Source: a virus
Length of the DNA stretch: 64,000 nt
Direction: 5' to 3' (one strand)
IMG/VR virus record: IMGVR_UViG_3300042387_002331
Under the pieces are notes generated by a model that saw only the letters and a program-made list of their open reading frames with translations, was not told where the DNA came from and ran no database searches. Of the stretch, positions 48,021-57,442 are shown one piece after another; the first letter of the stretch is position 1; each line of letters starts with the position of its first letter. The position numbers and the translations under genes were made by a program.

Positions 48021-48980
48021 ATGAGCGTATTCAAGTCATTTATAACTTCAGACGTTATCGTTTCACCCTTTAAGGTAAACAAATCGTTTACCTTTCAAGG
48101 CAATGAACTTACTGGCTCTAATGTAGAAATTGATAGGTATACCGGAATGAATATTCCGTTTACTCTTTGGGTTTCTGGTTCATACCCAACAGGTTATATT
48201 ACTATCCAAGATGAAATTTTAGTTTACCATTCAATAAAAGAACTTTATTACTCAAATTATATTTCAGGAAGTAACGGTTCCCCAGCAAATACAGCATCAT
48301 TCAATAATGATGGAACAATAACAGGGTTACCATATGAACCTAGTTATTATAATTATCTTTCTACTACTTTAAACCCAAATAGATATTTCCCAACAGGATC
48401 AAATGATTTAATAGGAGTAATTTCAATCCCTTCTAATTTATTCGGAGAATATTTAAAACCAGGATCCATAAGTTTATCCAACGGAACTAGTATTCTTACA
48501 GATGATGGAGAAGGCAATTTAATTTCAGGATCTTTAAAATTTGGAGATGTAATATATGAACATGGAATGATCATTTTAACCAATGACGGAGCCCCAGGTT
48601 TAAGTGGTTATGGGTTTGGAACTTATGGAAATATTTTATACGATTACAATGACGTATCTTTTATTAAAAGTTTTATAACATCTTCAAATGTAACTTGTTC
48701 ATTTGAAAGTACTATAACAATATACGAAGCTCAATATAAGTGTACTTTAAGAGAAAATGAATTTAATTTTTCTCAAAACCCAACTATAGTTTCTGGAAGT
48801 GCAAACAGTGGAGTTATATATGATTTTGCAACTGGTTCTTATTTTTCACCATATGTGACAACAGTAGGACTTTATAATAATAATTACGAGTTAATTGCTG
48901 TAGGAAAACTTGCTCAACCTTTACCAACTTCTGCTGTTACTGATACAACTATATTAGTTAATTTAGACATGTTATCATGA
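48021..48980 (+). CDS. virion structural protein, paralog of 47001
   Basis: Shared EFNFSQNP and YVTTVGLYNNNYELIAVGKLAQPL. Confidence 0.65.
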   Translation: MSVFKSFITSDVIVSPFKVNKSFTFQGNELTGSNVEIDRYTGMNIPFTLWVSGSYPTGYITIQDEILVYHSIKELYYSNYISGSNGSPANTASFNNDGTITGLPYEPSYYNYLSTTLNPNRYFPTGSNDLIGVISIPSNLFGEYLKPGSISLSNGTSILTDDGEGNLISGSLKFGDVIYEHGMIILTNDGAPGLSGYGFGTYGNILYDYNDVSFIKSFITSSNVTCSFESTITIYEAQYKCTLRENEFNFSQNPTIVSGSANSGVIYDFATGSYFSPYVTTVGLYNNNYELIAVGKLAQPLPTSAVTDTTILVNLDMLS

Positions 48981-49426
48981 TTTGGTTATACAAAAAACAG
49001 GAAATTGAGGATATTTCTCAATTTCCAAACAACACCTATGGATTTATCTATAAAATAACCCATATACCATCAGGTAAATCTTATATTGGTAAAAAAGTAC
49101 TTTACTATAATAAAAAAGCAAAATTAACTAAAAAAGATCTTGAATTATATGAAGGTACAGTTGGTAGAAAACCATCTTACAAAATTGTAACTTCTGAATC
49201 TGATTGGAAAAAATATTGGGGTTCAAATAAATTATTACTTGAACTGCTTAAAACAGAATCAAAAGAAAATTTTACACGAGAAATTTTAGTTACTTGTCCA
49301 AACAAAAAGCTTTTAACATATTACGAAACTCAATCTTTATTTATTCATAGAGTGTTAGAGGAATCTAACTTATATTTCAACGATAATATTTTAGGTAAGT
49401 TTTTTAGAAAAGACTTTGATATTTAA
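48977..49426 (+). CDS. GIY-YIG endonuclease (Seg-like)
   Basis: GFIYKITH...SYIGKK...YWGSN...FTREIL...YFNDNI. Confidence 0.85.
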   Translation: MIWLYKKQEIEDISQFPNNTYGFIYKITHIPSGKSYIGKKVLYYNKKAKLTKKDLELYEGTVGRKPSYKIVTSESDWKKYWGSNKLLLELLKTESKENFTREILVTCPNKKLLTYYETQSLFIHRVLEESNLYFNDNILGKFFRKDFDI

Positions 49427-49449
49427 AAGATAGGTCATATCTTCTATTT

Positions 49450-50379
49450 ATGGTAAATGAGTTATTAGTTAATCTGGTAAATTCTGTTTTAGGGGCAGGA
49501 AAACGTACCGCTAGAGGAAATCAATCCTATACCTGTCCATTTTGTCACCATTCCAAACCAAAACTAGAAGTTAATTTTACCGAAAACAAAGAAGGAGTAA
49601 ATCAATGGGCTTGTTGGGTATGTGGTAAAAAAGGTAAAACCATTAGAAGTTTATTTAAACAAATCCAAGTTGATGCCTCTTACTTCCAGGAACTAAGTAA
49701 ACTTGTAAAAAATGTTTCTGTAGAAGATATAGGAGAAGTAAAACAAACTTTACTTGAACTACCAAAGGAATTTAAAACCTTTATCAACAATAAAGATATT
49801 GTAGCAAAACATGCTCTAGCATATCTTAAAAAACGAAATGTATCTAAACACGATATTTTAAAATACAATATTGGATACTGTGATTCAGGCCAATATAATA
49901 ACATGGTTGTTATCCCATCATATGATAGTAACGGTAGATTAAATTATTTTACCGCGAGATCATTTGAGAAAAATCCTTACATCAAGTACCGCAACCCTGA
50001 AACATCTCGCGATATTATACCGTTTGAGTTGTTTATTAACTGGGACTTACCTATTATACTATGTGAAGGTCCATTTGATGCAATGGCTATAAAACGTAAT
50101 GTTGTACCATTATTTGGTAAAAACATTCAATCAAATTTAATGAAAAAAATAGTTACTTCTAAAGTACAAAAAATATATATTGCATTAGACAACGATGCTA
50201 TTTCAAAAGCCCTTGGTTTCTGTGAACAGCTTTTAGACATTGGAAAGGAAATTTATTTAGTAGAACTCCAAGGAAAAGATCCTAGTGACATGGGTTTTGA
50301 AGACTTTACCAAATTAGTACAAACAGTTTCTCCATTAACACAATATAAACTGATGGAGAAAAAATTATCTATAATATGA
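49450..50379 (+). CDS. DNA primase (Zn finger + TOPRIM)
   Basis: CPFC...CWVC; LCEGPFDA; IALDND; KDPSD. Confidence 0.9.
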   Translation: MVNELLVNLVNSVLGAGKRTARGNQSYTCPFCHHSKPKLEVNFTENKEGVNQWACWVCGKKGKTIRSLFKQIQVDASYFQELSKLVKNVSVEDIGEVKQTLLELPKEFKTFINNKDIVAKHALAYLKKRNVSKHDILKYNIGYCDSGQYNNMVVIPSYDSNGRLNYFTARSFEKNPYIKYRNPETSRDIIPFELFINWDLPIILCEGPFDAMAIKRNVVPLFGKNIQSNLMKKIVTSKVQKIYIALDNDAISKALGFCEQLLDIGKEIYLVELQGKDPSDMGFEDFTKLVQTVSPLTQYKLMEKKLSII

Positions 50380-51149
50380 AAAAACGTAACATTAAGCACG
50401 TTAATAACCGTATCCTTGAAATCTCAGAAGATGCTCAACAAATTACTCTTCCAGATTCTAGATACTACAGACGAAATGGTGAATATTACCCATCAATCAC
50501 TCACGTGTTAGGTTCTTACCCAAAAGGTAAACATTTTGAAGAATGGTTAAAAAACATGGGTCGCTCAGCTGATTACATTGTTAGAAAAGCTGGTGAAGAT
50601 GGAACTAAAGTACACGAAATGATTGAAGAGTATTTAGAAGGTAAAGAAATGAACTTTTTAAATGAAGCTGGATACCCACAATACGATCCTAACATTTGGC
50701 AAATGTTTTTACGTTTTGTTGATTTTTGGGAAACTTACAAACCTGAATTAATTGACCAAGAAATTCATCTCTATTCAGATACCCTTAAAGTAGCAGGTAC
50801 AACAGATTTAGTTTGTAGAATTGATAACTCTTTATGGATTATTGACCATAAAACATCAAATCACATCCAGACAACTTATGAATTACAAGCAGCAGTTTAT
50901 GCTCATTGTTATGAAGAATGTTTTGGTGTTAAACCTGATAAAACTGGTATTCTATGGTTAAAATCTTCTAAACGTAAAGGTTCAAAAGATAAAATGCAAG
51001 GTAAAGGATGGGAAATGATTTTACCATCTCGCACACAAGAAGAAAATATTGAAATTTTTAAAACAGTAAAACGTTTATTTGACCTAGAAAACCCAAATGA
51101 AGCGCCTATATTTACTGAATTTAAAACGAGTGTTAGGAAAGAGATGTAA
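50376..51149 (+). CDS. PD-(D/E)XK exonuclease
   Basis: YPSITHVL, GTKVH, AGTTDLV, IIDHKTS, LQAAVYA. Confidence 0.85.
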   Translation: MKKRNIKHVNNRILEISEDAQQITLPDSRYYRRNGEYYPSITHVLGSYPKGKHFEEWLKNMGRSADYIVRKAGEDGTKVHEMIEEYLEGKEMNFLNEAGYPQYDPNIWQMFLRFVDFWETYKPELIDQEIHLYSDTLKVAGTTDLVCRIDNSLWIIDHKTSNHIQTTYELQAAVYAHCYEECFGVKPDKTGILWLKSSKRKGSKDKMQGKGWEMILPSRTQEENIEIFKTVKRLFDLENPNEAPIFTEFKTSVRKEM

Positions 51150-51160
51150 TATGTATGATT

Positions 51161-51916
51161 ATGATAAGTCTAGTTCAATTATTGAAGGAGGTACAAGGAA
51201 ATCCTAAAGCTATATTTTTAGCTGGCCCTGCAGGAAGTGGAAAATCTTATATATCCTCTAAACTTATCCCTAATACATTTACAGTTATCAATTCAGATGA
51301 CACTTACGAAGAGTTATTAAAAGCAAATGGGCTTGGTTTAAAACAAAAGAATTTTACTCCCGATCAATTATCTCAAGCATCTAAACTACAAGCTCAAGCT
51401 AGAAAAGTTACTCAAGATAAATTTGAAAAACTAATTGCAAATAAAGACCACGTTATTTTAGATGGTACTGGTGGTGCTTTAGCTCCTCTTACTAAGAAAA
51501 AACAACAACTAGAAGATTTAGGGTATGAAACGTTGATGTTAATGATCTATGTTTCTCCCTTAGTTTCACTTGAACGTAACCAACAACGTGACAGAAGCCT
51601 AATGCCTGGAATTGTATTACGTAATTGGAGAGATGTAAATAAAAATATTGGAACATATCAACAAGTGTTTGGTAATAATTTTATCTTATTAAACAACAAT
51701 CCAAAAGACGCTAAACAAGAATTTAACACTGATTTACTTGAACCGTTCCTTCAAGCATCTACTGCTATAGGTAAACCTAAAACTCCTGAAGAACAAGCAA
51801 AATCAGATGCTAAAAAAGCTCAATTGAACAAAGATATTGAATCTATGGTTAATCAATTACCTGAATTTGATACCCTAGATACAGCTAAAAATAAAATAGA
51901 TGAATTCGTTAGTTAA
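51161..51916 (+). CDS. zeta-toxin-like P-loop kinase with LLKE leader
   Basis: AGPAGSGKS, INSDD, ILDGTG, ERNQQRDR; leader MISLVQLLKE. Confidence 0.7.
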   Translation: MISLVQLLKEVQGNPKAIFLAGPAGSGKSYISSKLIPNTFTVINSDDTYEELLKANGLGLKQKNFTPDQLSQASKLQAQARKVTQDKFEKLIANKDHVILDGTGGALAPLTKKKQQLEDLGYETLMLMIYVSPLVSLERNQQRDRSLMPGIVLRNWRDVNKNIGTYQQVFGNNFILLNNNPKDAKQEFNTDLLEPFLQASTAIGKPKTPEEQAKSDAKKAQLNKDIESMVNQLPEFDTLDTAKNKIDEFVS

Positions 51917-53666
51917 AATACTTATACAGCCTATATTAGAGGCAGAAGGGCAAAAAGGTATTGCTCTTATTCCTGGTGGATTTAAACCACCTACAGTAGG
52001 TCACTTTGCATTGGTTGATGAAGTAGCTAAAAACCCTAACTTTGAAAAAGTAATCGTTTTAATTGGCCATAAAAACCGTGATGGTGTTTCTAAAGAGGAA
52101 AGTAAAGCAATATGGGATATTTACAAAAAATACTTACCATCTAACGTTGAAATTAAAATAGCAGAAAATTCATCCCCTATTTCGGATGTTGCCTCTATGA
52201 TTAAAAATACCCCAGATACATTTTTCTACCCAGTAGTAGGTATCCGAGGTGAAATGGATTTAGGTGATTTAAAACGTTTTGATAGTTTAAAAGGAAAATA
52301 CCCTAACTTTAAAACTATTGTTATCCGATCAGAAAGTAGTGATGATAGGGTTAGTGGTACAAATACACGTGCTGCTTTAATTGGTGGTGAAAAAGAAAGA
52401 TTTCAATCATATCTTCCAACTCAACTTTCACAAGAAGAAAAAGATAAAGTTTGGTCTATTTTAACAAAAACCCCTATTCAAGAATTTGTTACACAATCTG
52501 AATTAGATGATGTAGAAAAAATAGCTGATGAATGGTTTGAGGATTATGGAATAGATGTTCAATTCACTAAACATTTTATAGAACGAGTAAATGATGAACG
52601 CAATGGAAAACCTATTTCTGCTGAAGAATTGGAAGATCTATTTACCCAAACAGCAGAAAAATACGGAGAAAAATTAGCTAACCTCCCAGATGATTATCAA
52701 GCGGTATTACTTAAATTACGTAACGATATTAACTTACCATTTGCTCTAAACTATGATGAGAAAAATGATGAGATGGATTTAGTTGCTAAAACTGTAATGC
52801 GTAAGAAAAATTTTCAAACATCTAACCCGAAATTAGCTTTACAGGAAATGTATGTTGAACCGAGTGAACATGATTACCCTAAACTAATCAAATCACTTAC
52901 TGAATTTATGTTAAATAAAGGCATGAATATTCGTCCTTTACCTAAAGTAAAATTTGTAAATGATGATGTTGAAAATGCTAGAAATTTCTTCGGTAAAACA
53001 GCATACTATGACCCGAATAACCGCGTTATAGTACTTTACACAATGGATCGTCATCCAAAAGACATTATGCGTTCATATGCGCATGAAATGATTCACCATA
53101 TGCAGAATTGTGAGGATCGTTTAGGTAATATTACAACTCAAAACACAAACGAAGAAGGTGATTTACCTGAAATAGAAAGAGAAGCATATGAAAAAGGTAA
53201 TATGATGTTTAGAGGATGGACAGATACTATTACTGAAGGTGTTATTAAAGAAGAAGATGATACCGATGTACTTTCATACCCTAGCACATTTAAACCAGGT
53301 GTAAATATTTTAGTTATTTTCAAAGAAAATGAAAACTATCCAAATTTAAAACCATATTTTGACGAATATGGGTATGGTTTCTATTACCCAAAAGATAAAA
53401 CAATAATCATTGATGGTGAAACTTTTGTAGATTCAGACTTGGATTTTAATGATTTAAAATTTGTTGAAGCACACGAAGTAACACATTTACTTTTAGGACA
53501 TACAGGACCATATTCTGAAGATGATGAAATGGATGCTGATTTAGGGGCATATGTTTTATTAAAAGATAAAGGTTTACCTACTGACAAGTTAGTAAAAGAA
53601 TTTAAAAATAGACATGGGGTTGATTTTAGTGAAGAACTACTTGAACGTGTAAAAGACCTTTTGTAA
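51900..53666 (+). CDS. multidomain protein: cytidyltransferase-like NTase + BECR-like domain + two HExxH zinc-peptidase domains
   Basis: PGGFKPPTVGH and VSGT (HIGH-type NTase); FTKHFIERVND...AKTVMRK; AHEMIHH...EREAY; AHEVTH...EMDAD. Confidence 0.65.
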   Translation: MNSLVKILIQPILEAEGQKGIALIPGGFKPPTVGHFALVDEVAKNPNFEKVIVLIGHKNRDGVSKEESKAIWDIYKKYLPSNVEIKIAENSSPISDVASMIKNTPDTFFYPVVGIRGEMDLGDLKRFDSLKGKYPNFKTIVIRSESSDDRVSGTNTRAALIGGEKERFQSYLPTQLSQEEKDKVWSILTKTPIQEFVTQSELDDVEKIADEWFEDYGIDVQFTKHFIERVNDERNGKPISAEELEDLFTQTAEKYGEKLANLPDDYQAVLLKLRNDINLPFALNYDEKNDEMDLVAKTVMRKKNFQTSNPKLALQEMYVEPSEHDYPKLIKSLTEFMLNKGMNIRPLPKVKFVNDDVENARNFFGKTAYYDPNNRVIVLYTMDRHPKDIMRSYAHEMIHHMQNCEDRLGNITTQNTNEEGDLPEIEREAYEKGNMMFRGWTDTITEGVIKEEDDTDVLSYPSTFKPGVNILVIFKENENYPNLKPYFDEYGYGFYYPKDKTIIIDGETFVDSDLDFNDLKFVEAHEVTHLLLGHTGPYSEDDEMDADLGAYVLLKDKGLPTDKLVKEFKNRHGVDFSEELLERVKDLL

Positions 53667-53693
53667 ATTTATCAAAAACTCTAATTTTAAACA

Positions 53694-54218
53694 ATGCCAA
53701 ATTTATTAGATTTATACGAAGCAATTAAACCAAAATATATTATTTTTTGTGATATGGATGGTGTATTAGTTGACTTTGACAAAGGATATAAAGATTTAAC
53801 TGGAATTTCTACTAGCCATGCTAATACACAAGGTAGAGATGAATTTTGGGATCTATTTAAACGAAGTTTAGAAGAAAAAGGAATGTCCGAATACGAATAT
53901 TGGGCAAATTTAGATTGGCAACCCGGAGGAAAAGAACTTTGGAGCTATATCAAAAAATATAACCCATACATTCTAACAGCTCCTTCATTAAACCCAGAAT
54001 CCAGAGAAGCAAAAAACGATTGGGTTCAACGTTTAGACAATATGAAAAAAATCTACTTTAAACCTGCTAAATTTAAATCTGATTTTTCTGGAAAAAATCG
54101 TATACTTATAGACGATAGAAAAGACACTATCGACAGATGGAATGCAGCAGGAGGAATAGGAATTTTACATACATCAGCAGAGGATACTATCAAACAATTA
54201 CAAAATTTAGGTCTATAA
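53694..54218 (+). CDS. HAD-family 5'(3')-nucleotidase
   Basis: CDMDGVLVDF, ILTAP, K, LIDDR motifs. Confidence 0.85.
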   Translation: MPNLLDLYEAIKPKYIIFCDMDGVLVDFDKGYKDLTGISTSHANTQGRDEFWDLFKRSLEEKGMSEYEYWANLDWQPGGKELWSYIKKYNPYILTAPSLNPESREAKNDWVQRLDNMKKIYFKPAKFKSDFSGKNRILIDDRKDTIDRWNAAGGIGILHTSAEDTIKQLQNLGL

Positions 54219-54219
54219 C

Positions 54220-54792
54220 ATGTCAGATAACGTTTTAAAAAAGCAATTTGTAGAAAAAGACGTTCAACGTCTCCGTAACCTTGTTCAAGGTAAATACGGT
54301 AATCGTTCTACAATGGGTATAGGTTATACAGGTGAAACTCAAGAAGAACATAAAGAAGGTGATATTTGGGAAGAAAGAGGTAAAACTTGGACTATCCGAG
54401 ATGGTATAAAAGAAAATGTTACTAAACTTGATAGTTTTAAAAAAGCAGCAGTTCCTTTATTTTGTCCAAAATGTAAACAAGTAATGGACAAACAATTAGA
54501 TCCCTTTTATTTTAAAGCATACAACGAATGTTTAGACTGTAGAACAGTTACAGAAACTCAAATGAAAATTTCTGGTACTTGGGAAGATTATAGAATTAAA
54601 ACACATAATGCTGAAATTGATCAGCAAATAGAAGAATATAAAAGTTGGTTTGAAAGTATTCTGAATAATAAAGCTAATAGTTTTATTTCAGAACATGGTG
54701 AAGTACAAAAATGGGTTGGTGGAATAGACAAAGAGCGCGCTCAACAGTCTTTAGATGAAGTAATAGAATATTTAAATTCACTTAAAAAATGA
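54220..54792 (+). CDS. hypothetical zinc-binding protein
   Basis: CPKC...CLDC. Confidence 0.65.
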   Translation: MSDNVLKKQFVEKDVQRLRNLVQGKYGNRSTMGIGYTGETQEEHKEGDIWEERGKTWTIRDGIKENVTKLDSFKKAAVPLFCPKCKQVMDKQLDPFYFKAYNECLDCRTVTETQMKISGTWEDYRIKTHNAEIDQQIEEYKSWFESILNNKANSFISEHGEVQKWVGGIDKERAQQSLDEVIEYLNSLKK

Positions 54793-55418
54793 TGACAACA
54801 ACTACCACAGTAGCAGTTACAATAATTGTAGCTTTAATTACAGCAGTAATAGGTCCTATTATAGTTAATTGGGTTAAACTTAAAATGGAGAAAACTGATA
54901 AAAAAGCTCCGATGCGTGAAGCCCTTGAAACTTCTACTTTAATAGATGGACAATTAGAAGCTATAATGAATGAATTAGAATGCGATAGAGTATGGTTAGC
55001 CCAATTCCATAATGGAGGTCATTTTTACCCTACAGGAAAATCAATCCAGAAATTTTCTTTTTTCTTTGAAAAAACATCCCCAAATACCCCCCCTATTCAA
55101 CATACTTTCCAAAACATTCCCGTATCTTTATTTCCTAGAGTTCTTTCTAAAATATATAGTGACAATGAGATTTCAGTTGAAGATGTAAGTGTAGCAGAAG
55201 ATACTTTAGGATTAGAATATTTAACTACCCAGTTTGGTACTAAATCTATGTGTATGCTTGGTGTGTATAGTTTAGACGATCATTTAATAGGTGTATTGGG
55301 TGTATCTTATAAAGAACCACATCATATGGTAAGAGATGAATGGTCTTTTGTAAGACAGAAAGTAGGAGCGATAGGAACATTACTTTCCGAATATTTATAC
55401 GCAAATAATAAAAAATAA
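54789..55418 (+). CDS. putative holin, T4 gpT-like (one TM + GAF-like domain)
   Basis: N-terminal TM, then CDRVWLAQFHNG...LIGVLGVSY GAF-like pattern. Confidence 0.55.
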   Translation: MMTTTTTVAVTIIVALITAVIGPIIVNWVKLKMEKTDKKAPMREALETSTLIDGQLEAIMNELECDRVWLAQFHNGGHFYPTGKSIQKFSFFFEKTSPNTPPIQHTFQNIPVSLFPRVLSKIYSDNEISVEDVSVAEDTLGLEYLTTQFGTKSMCMLGVYSLDDHLIGVLGVSYKEPHHMVRDEWSFVRQKVGAIGTLLSEYLYANNKK

Positions 55419-55419
55419 A

Positions 55420-56010
55420 ATGGACAATTTTGACTTAAAAAAATTCTTAAAGGAAAATAAATCCCTTGAGAATTTAAATCCTTCATTTAAAGCCCTTAAC
55501 GAAAATGAGTCTCGTGAAGAAAGAGCTGACGTAGACAAATACGAATACGAAAAAGGAAAAAAAGCAGGTAAGCGTGAAGAAATGAAAGCAAAAATCAAAG
55601 AAATGATTGTTGCTGAACTAGAAGGCGAAACAGCAACAGACATGATGGACCCAGTTTACGAAGGAGATCCTGGAGAAGAAGAAGCAGAAATGATGGATGC
55701 TGCGGCTGACGGAGGATTTTTAGATGAAGCTAAAAAAGATAAAGAAGAAGACGTTGAAGACGTTGAAGTAACTGATACAACTGAAGAAGTACCTGCTGAT
55801 GAAGCTCCTGCTGATGAAGCACCTACAGACATAGCTGGTGGTTTAGAAGACATTTCTGCTGATATGAAAGGTACTGAAGGTGATTTGATGGATGCTTTAA
55901 TGAAAGCATTTAAAATTGCTAAAGGAATGAACAATGAAAAACTTGAAACACAAGTCGGAAACACACTTAAATTTTTCGTTAGCGAATATATTGGAGGTGG
56001 AGAAGGCTAA
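55420..56010 (+). CDS. highly acidic protein with MDNFDLKKFLKE leader (scaffold/internal-protein-like)
   Basis: D/E-rich; several LxE sites; late motif at 55391. Confidence 0.6.
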   Translation: MDNFDLKKFLKENKSLENLNPSFKALNENESREERADVDKYEYEKGKKAGKREEMKAKIKEMIVAELEGETATDMMDPVYEGDPGEEEAEMMDAAADGGFLDEAKKDKEEDVEDVEVTDTTEEVPADEAPADEAPTDIAGGLEDISADMKGTEGDLMDALMKAFKIAKGMNNEKLETQVGNTLKFFVSEYIGGGEG

Positions 56011-56039
56011 TATTTAATAATCTATAAATAATAAAATTT

Positions 56040-56210
56040 ATGAACACAACAGAACTTTTAGACGCAATTAAAGAACAAGTTGTTATTATGGAAGCTGAGC
56101 ATGCTAAAACATCAAAAGCAGCTCGTGGACGTGCACGTAGTGCAGCCAATAACATCAAAAAACTTGCAGCTGAATTCAAAAAGACATCAACTGCAGAAGA
56201 CAAGGCTTAA
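56040..56210 (+). CDS. histone-H1-like (Hc1-family) small basic protein (56 aa, not in ORF track)
   Basis: MNTTELLDAIKEQVVIMEAEHAKTSKAARGRARSAANNIKKLAAEFKKTSTAEDKA; resembles the KAA..RARK...LK..FRK.S Hc1-type pattern. Confidence 0.6.
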   Translation: MNTTELLDAIKEQVVIMEAEHAKTSKAARGRARSAANNIKKLAAEFKKTSTAEDKA

Positions 56211-56213
56211 GAA

Positions 56214-56975
56214 ATGAAACTACATGAGGCATTTTCACCAGAAGAATCTAAAAAAATCTATGACAACTTTTTGGCAATCGTAAACGATCCAAAACGTAGA
56301 GATAAATTAGTAAGAAAACATGGTAAAAATGCCGAAAATGTGGCTTATGGTACTGCTGTTAATCAAGTAAAAAAACAAGCAGCCAACAACATTGAAGAAC
56401 CACAACCTGAAGAAACAATGGAAAATAGCAAATTAAGAGAAATGGTTAGAGCTGCTTTAACAGAAAAAGCTAAACCAGATTTTTTAGATCTTGACAAAGA
56501 CGGAGACAAAAAAGAGTCAATGAAAAAAGCTGCTCAAGATAAGAAAAAAATGCAAATGGAAGATATGGATCTAGGTCATGAAGATGATGAACCAAATATG
56601 ATCAAAGCAGACCTTTACCAAATTGGTAAATATGCTATGGAACTTTATAAAATGGTTGATCAATTTGACAATGGCCAAGAAGTTGATTTTCCTCATTGGT
56701 GGCAGTCAAAAATTATCACTGCTAAAAATATGATTTCTTCAGCAAAACATTACCTTGAGTTTGAATTAAAAGAACCAGAACTTAATGCTATGGTAGATGT
56801 AGCTTCTGAAGAAGGTGCTATTGACGAAATGTCAAAAAAGCAAGTTAAAAAACGTGGTGAAATTTATGACGCTTTAAAAGCTCAAGGTATGTCTGATGAA
56901 AAAGCAGGACGCATTGCTACAGCTAAAGCACAAAAAATTAAAGAAGCTATTTTAGCTAAACTTAAACAAAAATAA
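56214..56975 (+). CDS. modular hypothetical protein with EF-hand-like motif
   Basis: DFLDLDKDGDKKE; segments separated by LxE/IxE sites. Confidence 0.6.
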   Translation: MKLHEAFSPEESKKIYDNFLAIVNDPKRRDKLVRKHGKNAENVAYGTAVNQVKKQAANNIEEPQPEETMENSKLREMVRAALTEKAKPDFLDLDKDGDKKESMKKAAQDKKKMQMEDMDLGHEDDEPNMIKADLYQIGKYAMELYKMVDQFDNGQEVDFPHWWQSKIITAKNMISSAKHYLEFELKEPELNAMVDVASEEGAIDEMSKKQVKKRGEIYDALKAQGMSDEKAGRIATAKAQKIKEAILAKLKQK

Positions 56976-57442
56976 TGACACGCGAAGAACTTGTAAATAG
57001 ACTCAAAGCTTTATCAAAGCAGGTGTACTCAAATATGACAGTAACACCTGAAGAGGCAGTTCAATATGATGAACTGACAAAGTTTCCTGAGCTTAAAAAA
57101 GTTATCGTTGATTTATTAACCCCAGAATATGATAGCTTTTTAGCTTCAATTGATTGGGTTGCACCACGTCCTACTACATTCCGTATTAACTTACAAAATG
57201 GTCAAATGTTTTATTTGATCTATGGTAAACGTAGTTGGATTGCACAAGTAGAAGGTAAAAAATATTACCTTTTAAATTTACCTGAAGAAGAAAGAGCAGC
57301 ACAGTCTATAGCAAATATTTTACGTTATGGAGCAAAAGAAGAAGCTGGAACAGAAGGTGGAGAACTTGATTTAGGAACTGAACCAACCCCACCAGCTGAA
57401 GAAACACCAGCAGAAACTCCAGCAGAAACACCTGAAGCATAA
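56975..57442 (+). CDS. hypothetical protein with acidic Pro-rich tail
   Basis: ETPAETPAETPEA tail. Confidence 0.65.
   Translation: MTREELVNRLKALSKQVYSNMTVTPEEAVQYDELTKFPELKKVIVDLLTPEYDSFLASIDWVAPRPTTFRINLQNGQMFYLIYGKRSWIAQVEGKKYYLLNLPEEERAAQSIANILRYGAKEEAGTEGGELDLGTEPTPPAEETPAETPAETPEA

Noticed and set aside
51161-51916. Epsilon/zeta toxin-antitoxin pair
   Set aside because: No small upstream antitoxin; the P-loop kinase substrate cannot be inferred from motifs.
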